Origin: Paramoeba atlantica
Taxonomy: Eukaryota; Protista; Discosea
Assembly: GCA_977017575.1 (NCBI GenBank)
Contig: CDRNVI010000053.1
Span: 880,307-944,306, forward strand
Reading direction: 5' to 3'
Length of the DNA stretch: 64,000 nucleotides
Shown here: positions 1-9,631 of the stretch, one piece after another
How positions within the stretch are numbered: the first letter of the stretch is position 1
Layout: each line of letters begins with the position of its first letter
The notes under the pieces: generated by a model
Seen by the model: the letters and a program-made list of their open reading frames with translations, nothing else
Databases searched by the model: none
What the model was told of the DNA's origin: nothing
Translations under genes and position numbers: made by a program

Positions 1-117
1 TTTTTCTATTAGCAAATTTGCCACGCAGCTTATCTTTATTTTGGTTTTAAGTTGACTTGTCTAGCCTTGGGTATCTTTCATGAATGTAGCGACCTTAGTT
101 TCTAGCGTGCAAGTTGT

Positions 118-1002
118 ATGTTGCAGAACGCTAGGTTAACGCAATTTTGTGCAGAAATGAAGTCTTTTCGCGATCTCTTTCCGCTCTCTGTTCTGTATGA
201 CATGCGTTACATAGCTTTCGGCTTTTTCCTGGGGAAATCAGTTTTGTCTACAGTCTCGTTTTGTCGTGTAGCAGGTGGTTCCATGCATCCTACCCTTCGT
301 GAGAGCACAGGTGATATTGTTCTGCTGTGGAACATTAATTCTATTCGGCATTTTTTAGCTCTTTCAAATAAAGCTTTAGCACTTCAAAAAGGGGTTATTT
401 CTGCAATAAAACATAATTTTTCAAGCGGAGAAAATGGTGAAAATAATTTTTTAAACAGTGATTCCGATCACCTAAATACTTCTGAGGAAGAAGAGGAATT
501 TGGAGGAGTAAAAAGAAGTGGTGCTTTGCTTCATAGCTCTGAAGCATGCGATCCTTGCTCAACTGCTCTGACAAGAGGTGCGATTTATGTCCTCTGGCAC
601 CCATCTCGTCGGTACAGAATTATCAAACGACTTCGATGGTTAAGTGGTGATATCATTCATCTACCTGAGTTCGCCTCCTACGATATCCCAAACGTACAGA
701 AGAAAAATCATATTTCTTTAGTCTCATCAACTTCCACTTTTGCTGATTCGGAACATCGATTCGATAACGTAAATAATCATTTATCTGGTACGCTACTTTC
801 AGAGTATGAAGATACTCTCCCTAATTCAGCAGAATGTTATCATATTCCTTCACAACATATATGGGTGCAAGGAGATAACCGAAACACATCGGAAGATTCT
901 CGTACGTATGGCGCTATTCCTTTTGATGCACTCATAGGGCGTGCAGTTGCAATAGTGTGGCCACCATCAAGATTTTCTTTTCTTCCCACTTTAGAAATTT
1001 AA
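118..1002 (+). CDS. Mitochondrial inner membrane peptidase (IMP1/IMP2-like, S26 family)
   Basis: Catalytic Ser box GGSMHPTL, Lys box IIKRL and C-terminal WVQGDNRNTSEDSRTYGAIP...IGRA. Two low-complexity insertions. IMP1 versus IMP2 not resolved. Confidence 0.88.
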   Translation: MLQNARLTQFCAEMKSFRDLFPLSVLYDMRYIAFGFFLGKSVLSTVSFCRVAGGSMHPTLRESTGDIVLLWNINSIRHFLALSNKALALQKGVISAIKHNFSSGENGENNFLNSDSDHLNTSEEEEEFGGVKRSGALLHSSEACDPCSTALTRGAIYVLWHPSRRYRIIKRLRWLSGDIIHLPEFASYDIPNVQKKNHISLVSSTSTFADSEHRFDNVNNHLSGTLLSEYEDTLPNSAECYHIPSQHIWVQGDNRNTSEDSRTYGAIPFDALIGRAVAIVWPPSRFSFLPTLEI

Positions 1003-1231
1003 CATTGTTCGACTTGAAATGCATTACTGTTTCTTACGCGACGGATTAATCAAGGAATGTCCTCCGTGAGAGCAGAAGCGTTCCTCCTGAACTCTTTTTG
1101 AGCTCACATTCAGAACGCCATTTCTAAAACTGAAAAATAATTGTCCAATATTTTTCTTCCCGACATTATGGGAAGATGCGAGTGAAGCATCGCAATTTTG
1201 AAACAATTATTTATTAAGACTTCTTCGCCCC

Positions 1232-2176
1232 ATGTTTTTAGCTTTATCTTGTGCATTATCGCATTGTAAAAGTGTTTTTTACTGCACCCTACTCTGCACT
1301 TCGAACATGAACTCTACCAACTCCTCAACAACTTCATTTCCGTTTCAGTCTTCGCCTAACGGCACCACGTCCGTGATACAGAACAAAACATCTCATAAAA
1401 CTATCAAGAGATCGCATTCGTCCCCGCACCTGAATCGTACCTCAGTCATCCGCCATTATGGTAAGAAAATACGAGGCGCTCAATTTTCTTCTGAACTACT
1501 TTTCTCTCTTTTTATTTCGAATATCTCTCGACATACGGACGACAAATGGCATACGACTTATCCACCATGCCATTGGCCAGGAGTACAATGTAACGACGAA
1601 TCACATATTACATCCATTAACTGGTTTCGCTATTCTCTGTCTGGCACTCTCACGTGGAAGTACATTCCTTCAACGCTAGTTGCATTCCGCGTCGGGGTGA
1701 ACCAGTTAAAAGGAAGTATTTTTTCCTTCTCTCTTCCTTCTCAATTAAAGACGTTACACTTCAACATTAACGATTTTTCTGGAGATTTTTCTTTGTCTCA
1801 GCTACCGCGCAGCATGTGTTACGTTCGGGGTCAACAAAATGCTCTTTCCGGGGATCTTGACCTAACGGAACTCCCGCCTCCAATCGTTGAATTAAGGCTT
1901 TCACAAAACAACTTTAGCGGCAGTATCGCTTTAAATAGTCTTCCTGAACATTTGGAATGGCTCATGCTTGGTTCTAACTTTTTGGAGGGATCGCTCTGCG
2001 TTGATTATCTACCTAAGTCTTTGATTTGGCTTGAATTAAAGAGGAACCATTTTAGTGGCGTTGTTCACGCTCATGATCTTCCAAATGCTCTTGTGACATT
2101 TGAACTACAAGGCAATAAGATTACAGAGGTTATAGGATTGGATATCTCCAAGAAAAGGTATTGCATTGTCCTTTAA
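1232..2176 (+). CDS. Leucine-rich repeat protein
   Basis: Cys N-cap (WHTTYPPCHWPGVQC) followed by about 6-7 LPxxLxxLxLxxNxFSG repeats. Ser/Thr-rich N-terminus; start codon uncertain. Confidence 0.85.
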   Translation: MFLALSCALSHCKSVFYCTLLCTSNMNSTNSSTTSFPFQSSPNGTTSVIQNKTSHKTIKRSHSSPHLNRTSVIRHYGKKIRGAQFSSELLFSLFISNISRHTDDKWHTTYPPCHWPGVQCNDESHITSINWFRYSLSGTLTWKYIPSTLVAFRVGVNQLKGSIFSFSLPSQLKTLHFNINDFSGDFSLSQLPRSMCYVRGQQNALSGDLDLTELPPPIVELRLSQNNFSGSIALNSLPEHLEWLMLGSNFLEGSLCVDYLPKSLIWLELKRNHFSGVVHAHDLPNALVTFELQGNKITEVIGLDISKKRYCIVL

Positions 2177-2816
2177 GTGGTGAGTTTATATCCATTATGT
2201 ACATCTACATTGAGTAGGCACCACAATTCTTTACTTCTTTTTCGTTACTTCTTTTTCTTTACATTAATTTTTAGTCTTCCTTCTCATAAATTATAGAGTA
2301 GTTTTTGAGATAGTTTTTTATATTCTTTTCTTCGAGTATATTTTATGAATTTCATGATAGAGCAATATAGAGTATAAAACCAATGTAAGAGTATGCTATT
2401 TTTCGAATAGTTTTTTACATTTCTTGCTGCAAAACTTTTTTTATTTTTTAACACGTCAACTTTTTTATGGCAGTAGTGCAATTTTTGGTTTAAAGTATCT
2501 TTTGGAGTCTTTTTTTCTATTGCTTAAAAAATTCGATTTGAGTCTGTACAGTCCTTGCTTCAAACGGAACAACATTTACTCATTAACATGTGTATCTGTA
2601 TTTGATTCTTAGAGAAACGTTGTTTCTTATTTTTGACTTTTATACTTTTATGTGTTTTAGGCAATTTGCCATGGATATCAACTTACTGGTTTATACTTGT
2701 TTTAATTTCTCTTCCTGTATTCTCGAATTTTTTTGAAGCCAACAAATAGTGATTTCCATAAAAACGGTTATTTTTATAACACGGTTATTGGCTACAATAG
2801 AATTTAGTTATCTAAC

Positions 2817-5800
2817 ATGTGGTGTCGACGTTTCTCTCCATATCAAGCTATTACTGGAGTCTTCCAATTTTCGTATTGCTCTTTATCTGGAAAATCTATT
2901 GAAGACTTTCTTTCCGGATTTGCTAAGCAATCAGGTAATTCCAATAAGATACGAGACGAGAAAGAAATTTCAATTTCTTCCAATTCCAAGTCGCCCAATT
3001 CCAATTTTTTGAAATCTCCGAATACTCCGTATCGCTCAAATTGTGACAATTTGTCCTCTGATGGTAGTCACCAGGATGTACACCAAATGGACGATATGGT
3101 TCGTCCGAATCGATCAAACATGACTCATGTGGTTGTACAAGTACGCAAGAAACGTCGTAACGACTCTTCTTACATGCCCAACAAGGTTGTTTCCATTGCG
3201 GCACATCACTGTAATACGCGACGTCCTCCAATTCTTTTCGTACTAGCTGGTTCGAGTACTACTCTTGCCGCTGCCCTTCCCAATGGTAAATTTGCATCGT
3301 TCGTTAATACATCTTCAACTCACAGTTCAGATGATTATTTCATTGATCAAATTAGTAAAGATATTCTTCAATTTTTGCGTTCTTCTGCTCCAAATCATAC
3401 CTACGTGTGCTTCCAAGCTACATCTGGAGGCATTGTCAGTCGCGTGTTGCATCGATGGCACTCTACAAGCGCAGCAATTGGAGAAATTGAATTCACGTGC
3501 TCTTTGCCATACTTCGTTGGACATATTAGTCGCAATCATCGTCGACTTTCGTATCCATATACACCTTTAACTGTTTCGGAATTATATCGATGCTTTTCTT
3601 TGCCCAGGCCTTCTGAACTATTGACTCCGAGCAAAGAGAGCGAAACTTATAAAAATGAGTCCGACTCAGACACTGGAAAACTGAATAAAACCGGTCTTGT
3701 TTCGCTGGAAAACTTTGAAGAGCATATACTGGATGTGCTTCCATCCGTTGAGAGTGGTTTAAAAAGCAACTTTACAAAGTCTCCATTAGGGGACTCTGTT
3801 TCAGATGCCTTGGACGCACAAGCGTTTCTGCAGATCTATCTCAAACACTTGCACTTTGGTCAAACATGTGAATTTTTGGGTACATCCAGTAAAGCTCGGC
3901 ATGGGCGTATGTCAAAGTTCTCCGAAGTTTTTGTCGCTTCCATGAGTTCCCCTTGGTGTATTATTTTAGCCCATATCTATAAATGTACTAGCGCACCATC
4001 AATTCCTGACAAGCTCTCTCCTGGCAAGGCTGAAACCTCGCGCTCGTTCACTGTTCCAGCGTCGCATATTGGTTGTGACATTTTTGTGCCTTCAACGCAA
4101 GAGGAACGAAGTTTTTACGGCAATACTCGAGAGCAAGTTGTATCATCGGTGGAAATATGGCTTAGGAATCGCTCTTCCGAAGTTTCTCGTCGTTGTCTGA
4201 TATTCCATACTCTTCACGAATCAATGGTCCTTATGATGTCTTCATTCAAGAAACTTTCGTGCAAGGTGCATCACTTATCACTCGCTGAAATTTTTCCGAA
4301 TCTTCCTATTCCTCACTTTTTTTCGCTACACAGTAGCTACAAAACGCCTCCCAGCGACGATTCCTCGTCTGTTTCTCGGTTGTGGAAATACTGGTTAAGT
4401 CAATTTTCAAAAATATCTCAGGATTCTTCAAATGTACTTCACCGAATCATAATCAGCGAGCTACAGTACCGGTATTCTCAGATGACTAACAAAGAAATTT
4501 TTCAGGAGGCTCGTGAAAAACGTGAAGGCGATTCTCATAAAAGAATGGATCATTCAGAAACGAAACACTTACCGAAAGTGCATCAGACAATTGTTATTGG
4601 CTCTCCCAAGAGTAAATCTCAGGCAGATCATCGTGAAGAAATGCTTGAGAAACGTAATGAAACTGACGATTGGTATGCTTTCCAGACGGATGTTTCACGA
4701 CTTGAGCGAGAAGAGAATTCTGCTGCACGTCACAGAAAGTGTATATTTCTACATCTTGAAAAGACAAAGCGTGTAGGAACTCAAGTGCAATTCGTACTCT
4801 GGGTTGCTTCTCCAGTGGATATAAGCGATGGAACCACTTTCACAAATCTTACTCTGGAGCAATCTCAAGTGGATCCCCAAGTCTTGCTCACAATTAAGGG
4901 CGTCATGCCGTCGCTTGAAAATGTATGCGTTATCGTTGCCGTCGACATGAAGCTTTTGATAAATTTTCTTATGAGTTTGTCATGTGTACAGGAATTTTTG
5001 GCGAACGGAGGAATACTTTGGAGTTCTATCTATGCCGAACATTTATTGAACGCGCGAGTGGACCTTCCACCTGACGTTTTAACTTTTTCTCCTGAGAAAG
5101 AAGGCTCACGTTTTGGTGAAAATGATTCCATAGACAATGTCAACACTGCAACCTATAACAAAACCATTCTTCCTACTTTGCAGCACATACAAACTACTTA
5201 TTCTAAGCAAATTCACCGAGCTGTACTTTCACGCCAGCTTCTCACGATCAGTTCATCGATGTCTTCCGTGTTTCTGACGCATGAGATTGGTAAACAAGGA
5301 ATTTATGTAAGTATTTCAAAACTAGAATCCGCACGGGTTCTTGCAAAACAACTTCTCGAGCAGTACAAGAACAATTTGAATCTGGCGTTACCGCCCCACG
5401 TGCGTTCACTTTTTAAATGGGAAGATACACATCATATATGGGCATTTTTCCATGGAGGTAAATTGAACAAACCAATAACATCATTGAACTCTACAAGTAC
5501 GTTAATCTTACCGGAGGATCCAACTGCAGCAGTTGAACTTGCTTGTGTTTCACAAAATGAAAGGGCGTCTGAAATATTGGACTCAGAGAAGTATTTAATA
5601 CCCTATTGCCTGAAATATCAATTGTTAACAAATATTGCGGTGAGCTCCGAGGAGCTCGTGCAAACTATACGATCATCTTTGATTGAAAAGTATATTCCCA
5701 ATAAAGATGAAAACAGTCGAGCCAAGGACAGTGGTTTTCCTCTTTCGCAGCAGCTTCTCAGCGTTTTCCATCTTCCTTACCGTATTATCTTAGCCGCAGT

Positions 5801-7547
5801 CAAGACCACCGGATATGACCTTCGGGAGGATCACGTTTTACACGCCGTGTTCTTTGATCCTCTGTTAGGGAAAGAAATATCACCACCCTTTTATGCTGCA
5901 AAAGGTAAAGCTCTTTCTTACCTCATTCTTGCTTGTCACATGTCTACATATGCAGAACATTTCCTTCAAACCTTTATACAAACGAAGCTAAGTTCCAATC
6001 TTCGAAACCAGAAAACCGAAAGGCCGTTGGCACCGCTTTACTTCGTGAATGCAACATCTTTAGTGACAGATAGCATTTCCTTATCGGGTCTACAAACTCC
6101 TAAATCTACTTCGAATAGCACTCCCGCACCATGTCGCACGCGACTGAGTAAAAAATTTTGTGGACAAGAATATACTAAGTCTCTGATCGCCGAATGTAAG
6201 GATCTTTGGACGTCATTGTGTCAGAATTGCAATGGAGATGTGCTTTCGGCTATAGGAAAAGCAGTTGGAACCAGAAATGATCCTTTTCTTCGTCGCGCTC
6301 CTGATCAGAGTCAGGACGATATTATTCTTCCCGGTATTCTTCCCGATAAAATTAAAGAGAGTGTCTCGATGTCATCAACTGAGTTTAGTGTAGATCTTTT
6401 GGATGCATGGTCCACGGAGGGCATACCTGAAGCATTCTGGCTCGCGGAAGTTTTTCGCTTACAGCGCTCTTTACAGCTTTATTTCGCCCGTGAGCGTGGC
6501 ATCCTAGCCCACGTCAATCCGGATACTTCCCTCATTCATGCAAATTTTGCGTATGACCAAACACGAACTGGACGCCTTGTGTGTAGCTCTCCGAATATGT
6601 TAGGCATCCCTAAGGGAAATATTCGCACTGCTTTTACCTCTCGATTCGGCTCCTCAGGGGTAATACTGGACATTGACTACTCTATGGTAGAACTTGTCAC
6701 GCTAGCTCTTTTATGTCAGGACAAAAATATGCTTCAGGATGTATCTAACAATGTGGACTTTCACAGTCGCAACGTTACTGTTCTCCGTAAAGATTTGTCG
6801 TACGAACAGGTGCTTCTGAGTTGCAGAAGAAAGAATAAGGAAGTTCTTCGACTTCGTGAAAAGGCGAAGCTTTTTGCTTTTCAGCGAATTTATGGTGCAT
6901 CAGTACAAACTCTCTCGAAGGGTAGCGGTTTGTCAATTCAGGAAGTGAGAAAATTAATATGGTCCGAAAATGAGACTTATCCATCTATTAAAGCGTATTT
7001 TCGGAGTTTTGCCAAATACGTTCGACGTTTCCGTCCTCTTCTTCAACACAGCCAAGGTGGCTATCAAAGTGAGTTCGTTTATGATGGTGTAGGCATAATA
7101 CCTTCAGGAAATCGTTTTTGCTTCCATGAGGTCGGTGTTAACTTTCCGGGTTTTTCTTCTACCCATCTCCGAAACTATCCAGTACAAGGCTTAGCTGCTG
7201 AAATTATCATTTATACAACAAGTCAACTTCTTCGACGTCTTCTCAAGCGGAACTACTATGAGCGTCGAGCTTTTCTTGTGAATTTAGTGCATGATAGTAT
7301 AGTTATGGATGTGCATGAAGAGGTGTTAGAGGAGGTACTCTCGGAAGCCTATGGGGTGTTAACCAATGTGAAGGGCGGTTGGGGTTCATTTTTTCCGGAG
7401 TTCCCATGGAATAAATCTCTCTTTCGAGTAGAGGTGAAGGCTGGTCGAGATGCCGCACATATGGTTACCCTTCAAGGCCCTCCTTTTCCATCGTCCCAAG
7501 AAATAATTAAATCGATTTCGGAAGCTCCTGAGATATGCGAAGAGTAG
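2817..7547 (+). CDS. Mitochondrial DNA polymerase I-like protein (family A; kinetoplastid PolIB/C/D type)
   Basis: C-terminal Pol A domain with QTRTGRL..SSPN, FTSRFG, motif A DYSMVE, motif B REKAKLFAFQRIYG, NYPVQG and motif C VHDS. Arg-rich N-terminus resembles a mitochondrial presequence. Confidence 0.88.
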   Translation: MWCRRFSPYQAITGVFQFSYCSLSGKSIEDFLSGFAKQSGNSNKIRDEKEISISSNSKSPNSNFLKSPNTPYRSNCDNLSSDGSHQDVHQMDDMVRPNRSNMTHVVVQVRKKRRNDSSYMPNKVVSIAAHHCNTRRPPILFVLAGSSTTLAAALPNGKFASFVNTSSTHSSDDYFIDQISKDILQFLRSSAPNHTYVCFQATSGGIVSRVLHRWHSTSAAIGEIEFTCSLPYFVGHISRNHRRLSYPYTPLTVSELYRCFSLPRPSELLTPSKESETYKNESDSDTGKLNKTGLVSLENFEEHILDVLPSVESGLKSNFTKSPLGDSVSDALDAQAFLQIYLKHLHFGQTCEFLGTSSKARHGRMSKFSEVFVASMSSPWCIILAHIYKCTSAPSIPDKLSPGKAETSRSFTVPASHIGCDIFVPSTQEERSFYGNTREQVVSSVEIWLRNRSSEVSRRCLIFHTLHESMVLMMSSFKKLSCKVHHLSLAEIFPNLPIPHFFSLHSSYKTPPSDDSSSVSRLWKYWLSQFSKISQDSSNVLHRIIISELQYRYSQMTNKEIFQEAREKREGDSHKRMDHSETKHLPKVHQTIVIGSPKSKSQADHREEMLEKRNETDDWYAFQTDVSRLEREENSAARHRKCIFLHLEKTKRVGTQVQFVLWVASPVDISDGTTFTNLTLEQSQVDPQVLLTIKGVMPSLENVCVIVAVDMKLLINFLMSLSCVQEFLANGGILWSSIYAEHLLNARVDLPPDVLTFSPEKEGSRFGENDSIDNVNTATYNKTILPTLQHIQTTYSKQIHRAVLSRQLLTISSSMSSVFLTHEIGKQGIYVSISKLESARVLAKQLLEQYKNNLNLALPPHVRSLFKWEDTHHIWAFFHGGKLNKPITSLNSTSTLILPEDPTAAVELACVSQNERASEILDSEKYLIPYCLKYQLLTNIAVSSEELVQTIRSSLIEKYIPNKDENSRAKDSGFPLSQQLLSVFHLPYRIILAAVKTTGYDLREDHVLHAVFFDPLLGKEISPPFYAAKGKALSYLILACHMSTYAEHFLQTFIQTKLSSNLRNQKTERPLAPLYFVNATSLVTDSISLSGLQTPKSTSNSTPAPCRTRLSKKFCGQEYTKSLIAECKDLWTSLCQNCNGDVLSAIGKAVGTRNDPFLRRAPDQSQDDIILPGILPDKIKESVSMSSTEFSVDLLDAWSTEGIPEAFWLAEVFRLQRSLQLYFARERGILAHVNPDTSLIHANFAYDQTRTGRLVCSSPNMLGIPKGNIRTAFTSRFGSSGVILDIDYSMVELVTLALLCQDKNMLQDVSNNVDFHSRNVTVLRKDLSYEQVLLSCRRKNKEVLRLREKAKLFAFQRIYGASVQTLSKGSGLSIQEVRKLIWSENETYPSIKAYFRSFAKYVRRFRPLLQHSQGGYQSEFVYDGVGIIPSGNRFCFHEVGVNFPGFSSTHLRNYPVQGLAAEIIIYTTSQLLRRLLKRNYYERRAFLVNLVHDSIVMDVHEEVLEEVLSEAYGVLTNVKGGWGSFFPEFPWNKSLFRVEVKAGRDAAHMVTLQGPPFPSSQEIIKSISEAPEICEE

Positions 7548-8081
7548 AGATTGAACGCTATATTTAATTGGATATTCAAACAACGTAGCAAGTTTCGGAT
7601 TAGTTAGCGCTCAAATTTTGGTCATTATTATTTTTTCTGCCGAGTTATGTCTACATCACGGTTAAAAACAGTAGGCTTGTATTTTTTAGGTTAAAAGCAT
7701 ATCGCTATCTGGTACTCACAAAGTTTAAAACATTCTTTACCTTTTACAGTTTCCCTCTTTTATCCTCCATATGCGTTCATGTTTTTTAATCCTTCATTTT
7801 CTAAATTTTGTAATCACTTTAAAGTGTGCTAAACTAAGTTAAGTGTTTCTAAAAGTGCCATAAAATGTGTAAAATACAAAATCCTTAGAAGGGTTGCATT
7901 GGTCCCTAATATCATGCAGAGCTTTGAACTGCGTGCAAGGACTTGATTTTTCTGATTCTTCACTTTTTTTGCATTAATCACTTTTCTATTTTTCTTCTTT
8001 TAGCTAACGAAGTCTATTTGTAATGCATTACTACCATGCAATTCTACAAGAACTGAATCCTCATCTGGTCTTCGCATTATC

Positions 8082-8393
8082 ATGAGTGCCTTTCCTTTTT
8101 CCCCGAATTCTGCGCTTTTTTTCTGGGCTCACCTAGTCTTATCAATAGCTAAAAATCTAGTCTCGTTTCTACTGGGGATTGTGTGTAGTATTCTTATGCG
8201 ATTTTGGCTTCCGTTTTCCACTTCGACCTCGAAGTCCTTGATGAGTAATACATTAGGCATGGTAGGCATTGGAATATTCGTGCACGCCGTACAGATGTGG
8301 GATAAGCATCGTAAAGTGGCACAGACATCTCATCGTGCCGCGGAAGAAATTTGGAAAGATGCCATGCGAAGGCATAGAAATGACTTAGACTAA
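8082..8393 (+). CDS. Hypothetical small membrane protein
   Basis: 103 aa ATG ORF on the cluster strand with 2-3 hydrophobic segments and a charged C-terminus; no family recognised. Confidence 0.5.
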   Translation: MSAFPFSPNSALFFWAHLVLSIAKNLVSFLLGIVCSILMRFWLPFSTSTSKSLMSNTLGMVGIGIFVHAVQMWDKHRKVAQTSHRAAEEIWKDAMRRHRNDLD

Positions 8394-8543
8394 TTTGTTG
8401 AAGTCAGCAGCGATTTTGCCTAAAACAGCAGCGATTTTCTTGCTTTTAAGCAGTGTGTCTTCATTCGCTTCTGTTTTTCAATTGTTTTATTTTCAATTAT
8501 TTATTGTTTTTCAATTGTTTTGTTTCAATTCTTTTAGATAATA

Positions 8544-8623
8544 CCGTTCCCTCCCCTTACTTCATCTCCCCTATTACTTCACCACAAGCCCATCGGTGCC
8601 CCAGTGGTGAAGAGGTGTAACGG
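8544..8623. mobile_element. 80 bp mini-MITE, TA-flanked (same end family as 30431-31453)
   Basis: TA|ccgttccc...gtgtaacgg|TA with internal ttacttcacca/tggtgaag motifs shared with the 30431 element. Confidence 0.6.
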
Positions 8624-8761
8624 TATAAACGCAACATACAGTATAGAAATAGAAAATTGTATAAATTTGAAAACGTTTTAGCATCTTAACTTCACCGTAA
8701 ACAGGGTTGATTCCTTCTTTCTTACTTTTGTTATTCTTCCACACTCTTCTGTCTCTCTTTC

Positions 8762-9505
8762 ATGTTTTTTCTCCCACCCCCCATCGGGTTCACATTCTGT
8801 ATCCCACACCTGCATCTTGTTTCCTCACTCGACACCTGTTCTTCTCACCGAGTTCGCGGCTCATCACTTCCTTTAGAATACGACTTGGAGCGTTTTATCC
8901 ACTCAGTAAGCCACACCCACCCCTCATGGACGACTCACACGCCTGGATGCCTTTGGTATGGGGTGCGATGTGAGGGCTCGGGAAAATGGGCTACCTCACT
9001 TTTATGGAATTCTGTAGGTGTAAGTGGTTCGCTACATTGGTCATGGCTTCCTTCAGCACTGCAGCAACTCCAACTTTCCGGTAACTGTCTCTACGGTGTC
9101 ATAGGGATTTCTCATTTTCCAGAAACCATGTGCAATGCGGATTTGAGCCAAAATGGGTTCTCGGGAGATGTTTGTCTCGCTGAGCTGCCACCGGATATGC
9201 GGACGATCGATTTTAGTAAGAATTTATTAGGAGGCGAGCTTGCACTAGAATCACTTCCCTCACAAATTACAAATCTGAGCGTTAATTTTAATCAATTTGT
9301 CGGTGAACTCATACTAATACATTTGCCTACGAGTTTACTGATCATGGATTTTAGTTTCAACGATTTTATTGGCACTGTGGATGTGAGTGCAATTAATGAT
9401 AACGTCTTACTACTTAATTTACGTGAAAATCGCTTTTCTGCTATTCAGCCCACACAATACGAATCTTTTATCTTCTTTCTACCTCAGCAAGACGAGCTTC
9501 AATAA
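8762..9505 (+). CDS. Leucine-rich repeat protein (paralog of 1232-2176)
   Basis: N-cap WTTHTPGCLWYGVRC and LPxxLxxLxLSxNxFSG repeats. Confidence 0.85.
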   Translation: MFFLPPPIGFTFCIPHLHLVSSLDTCSSHRVRGSSLPLEYDLERFIHSVSHTHPSWTTHTPGCLWYGVRCEGSGKWATSLLWNSVGVSGSLHWSWLPSALQQLQLSGNCLYGVIGISHFPETMCNADLSQNGFSGDVCLAELPPDMRTIDFSKNLLGGELALESLPSQITNLSVNFNQFVGELILIHLPTSLLIMDFSFNDFIGTVDVSAINDNVLLLNLRENRFSAIQPTQYESFIFFLPQQDELQ

Positions 9506-9631
9506 TCTGTCGACATTTCCATAGTTCAAAATTGGCATCTCATGATCCTAATTCTACATGGGCTTTACTTTGAAAGAAAATCTTCCTTCATCATTTTCTT
9601 GTATTCTTTGTATTAATCTAATATCAATGTA

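Noticed and set aside
2817-7547. Bacterial or phage polA indicating contamination or a prophage
   Set aside because: It is embedded among eukaryotic genes, has a long N-terminal extension with a presequence-like start and PolIB/C/D-type motifs, and has no phage neighbours.
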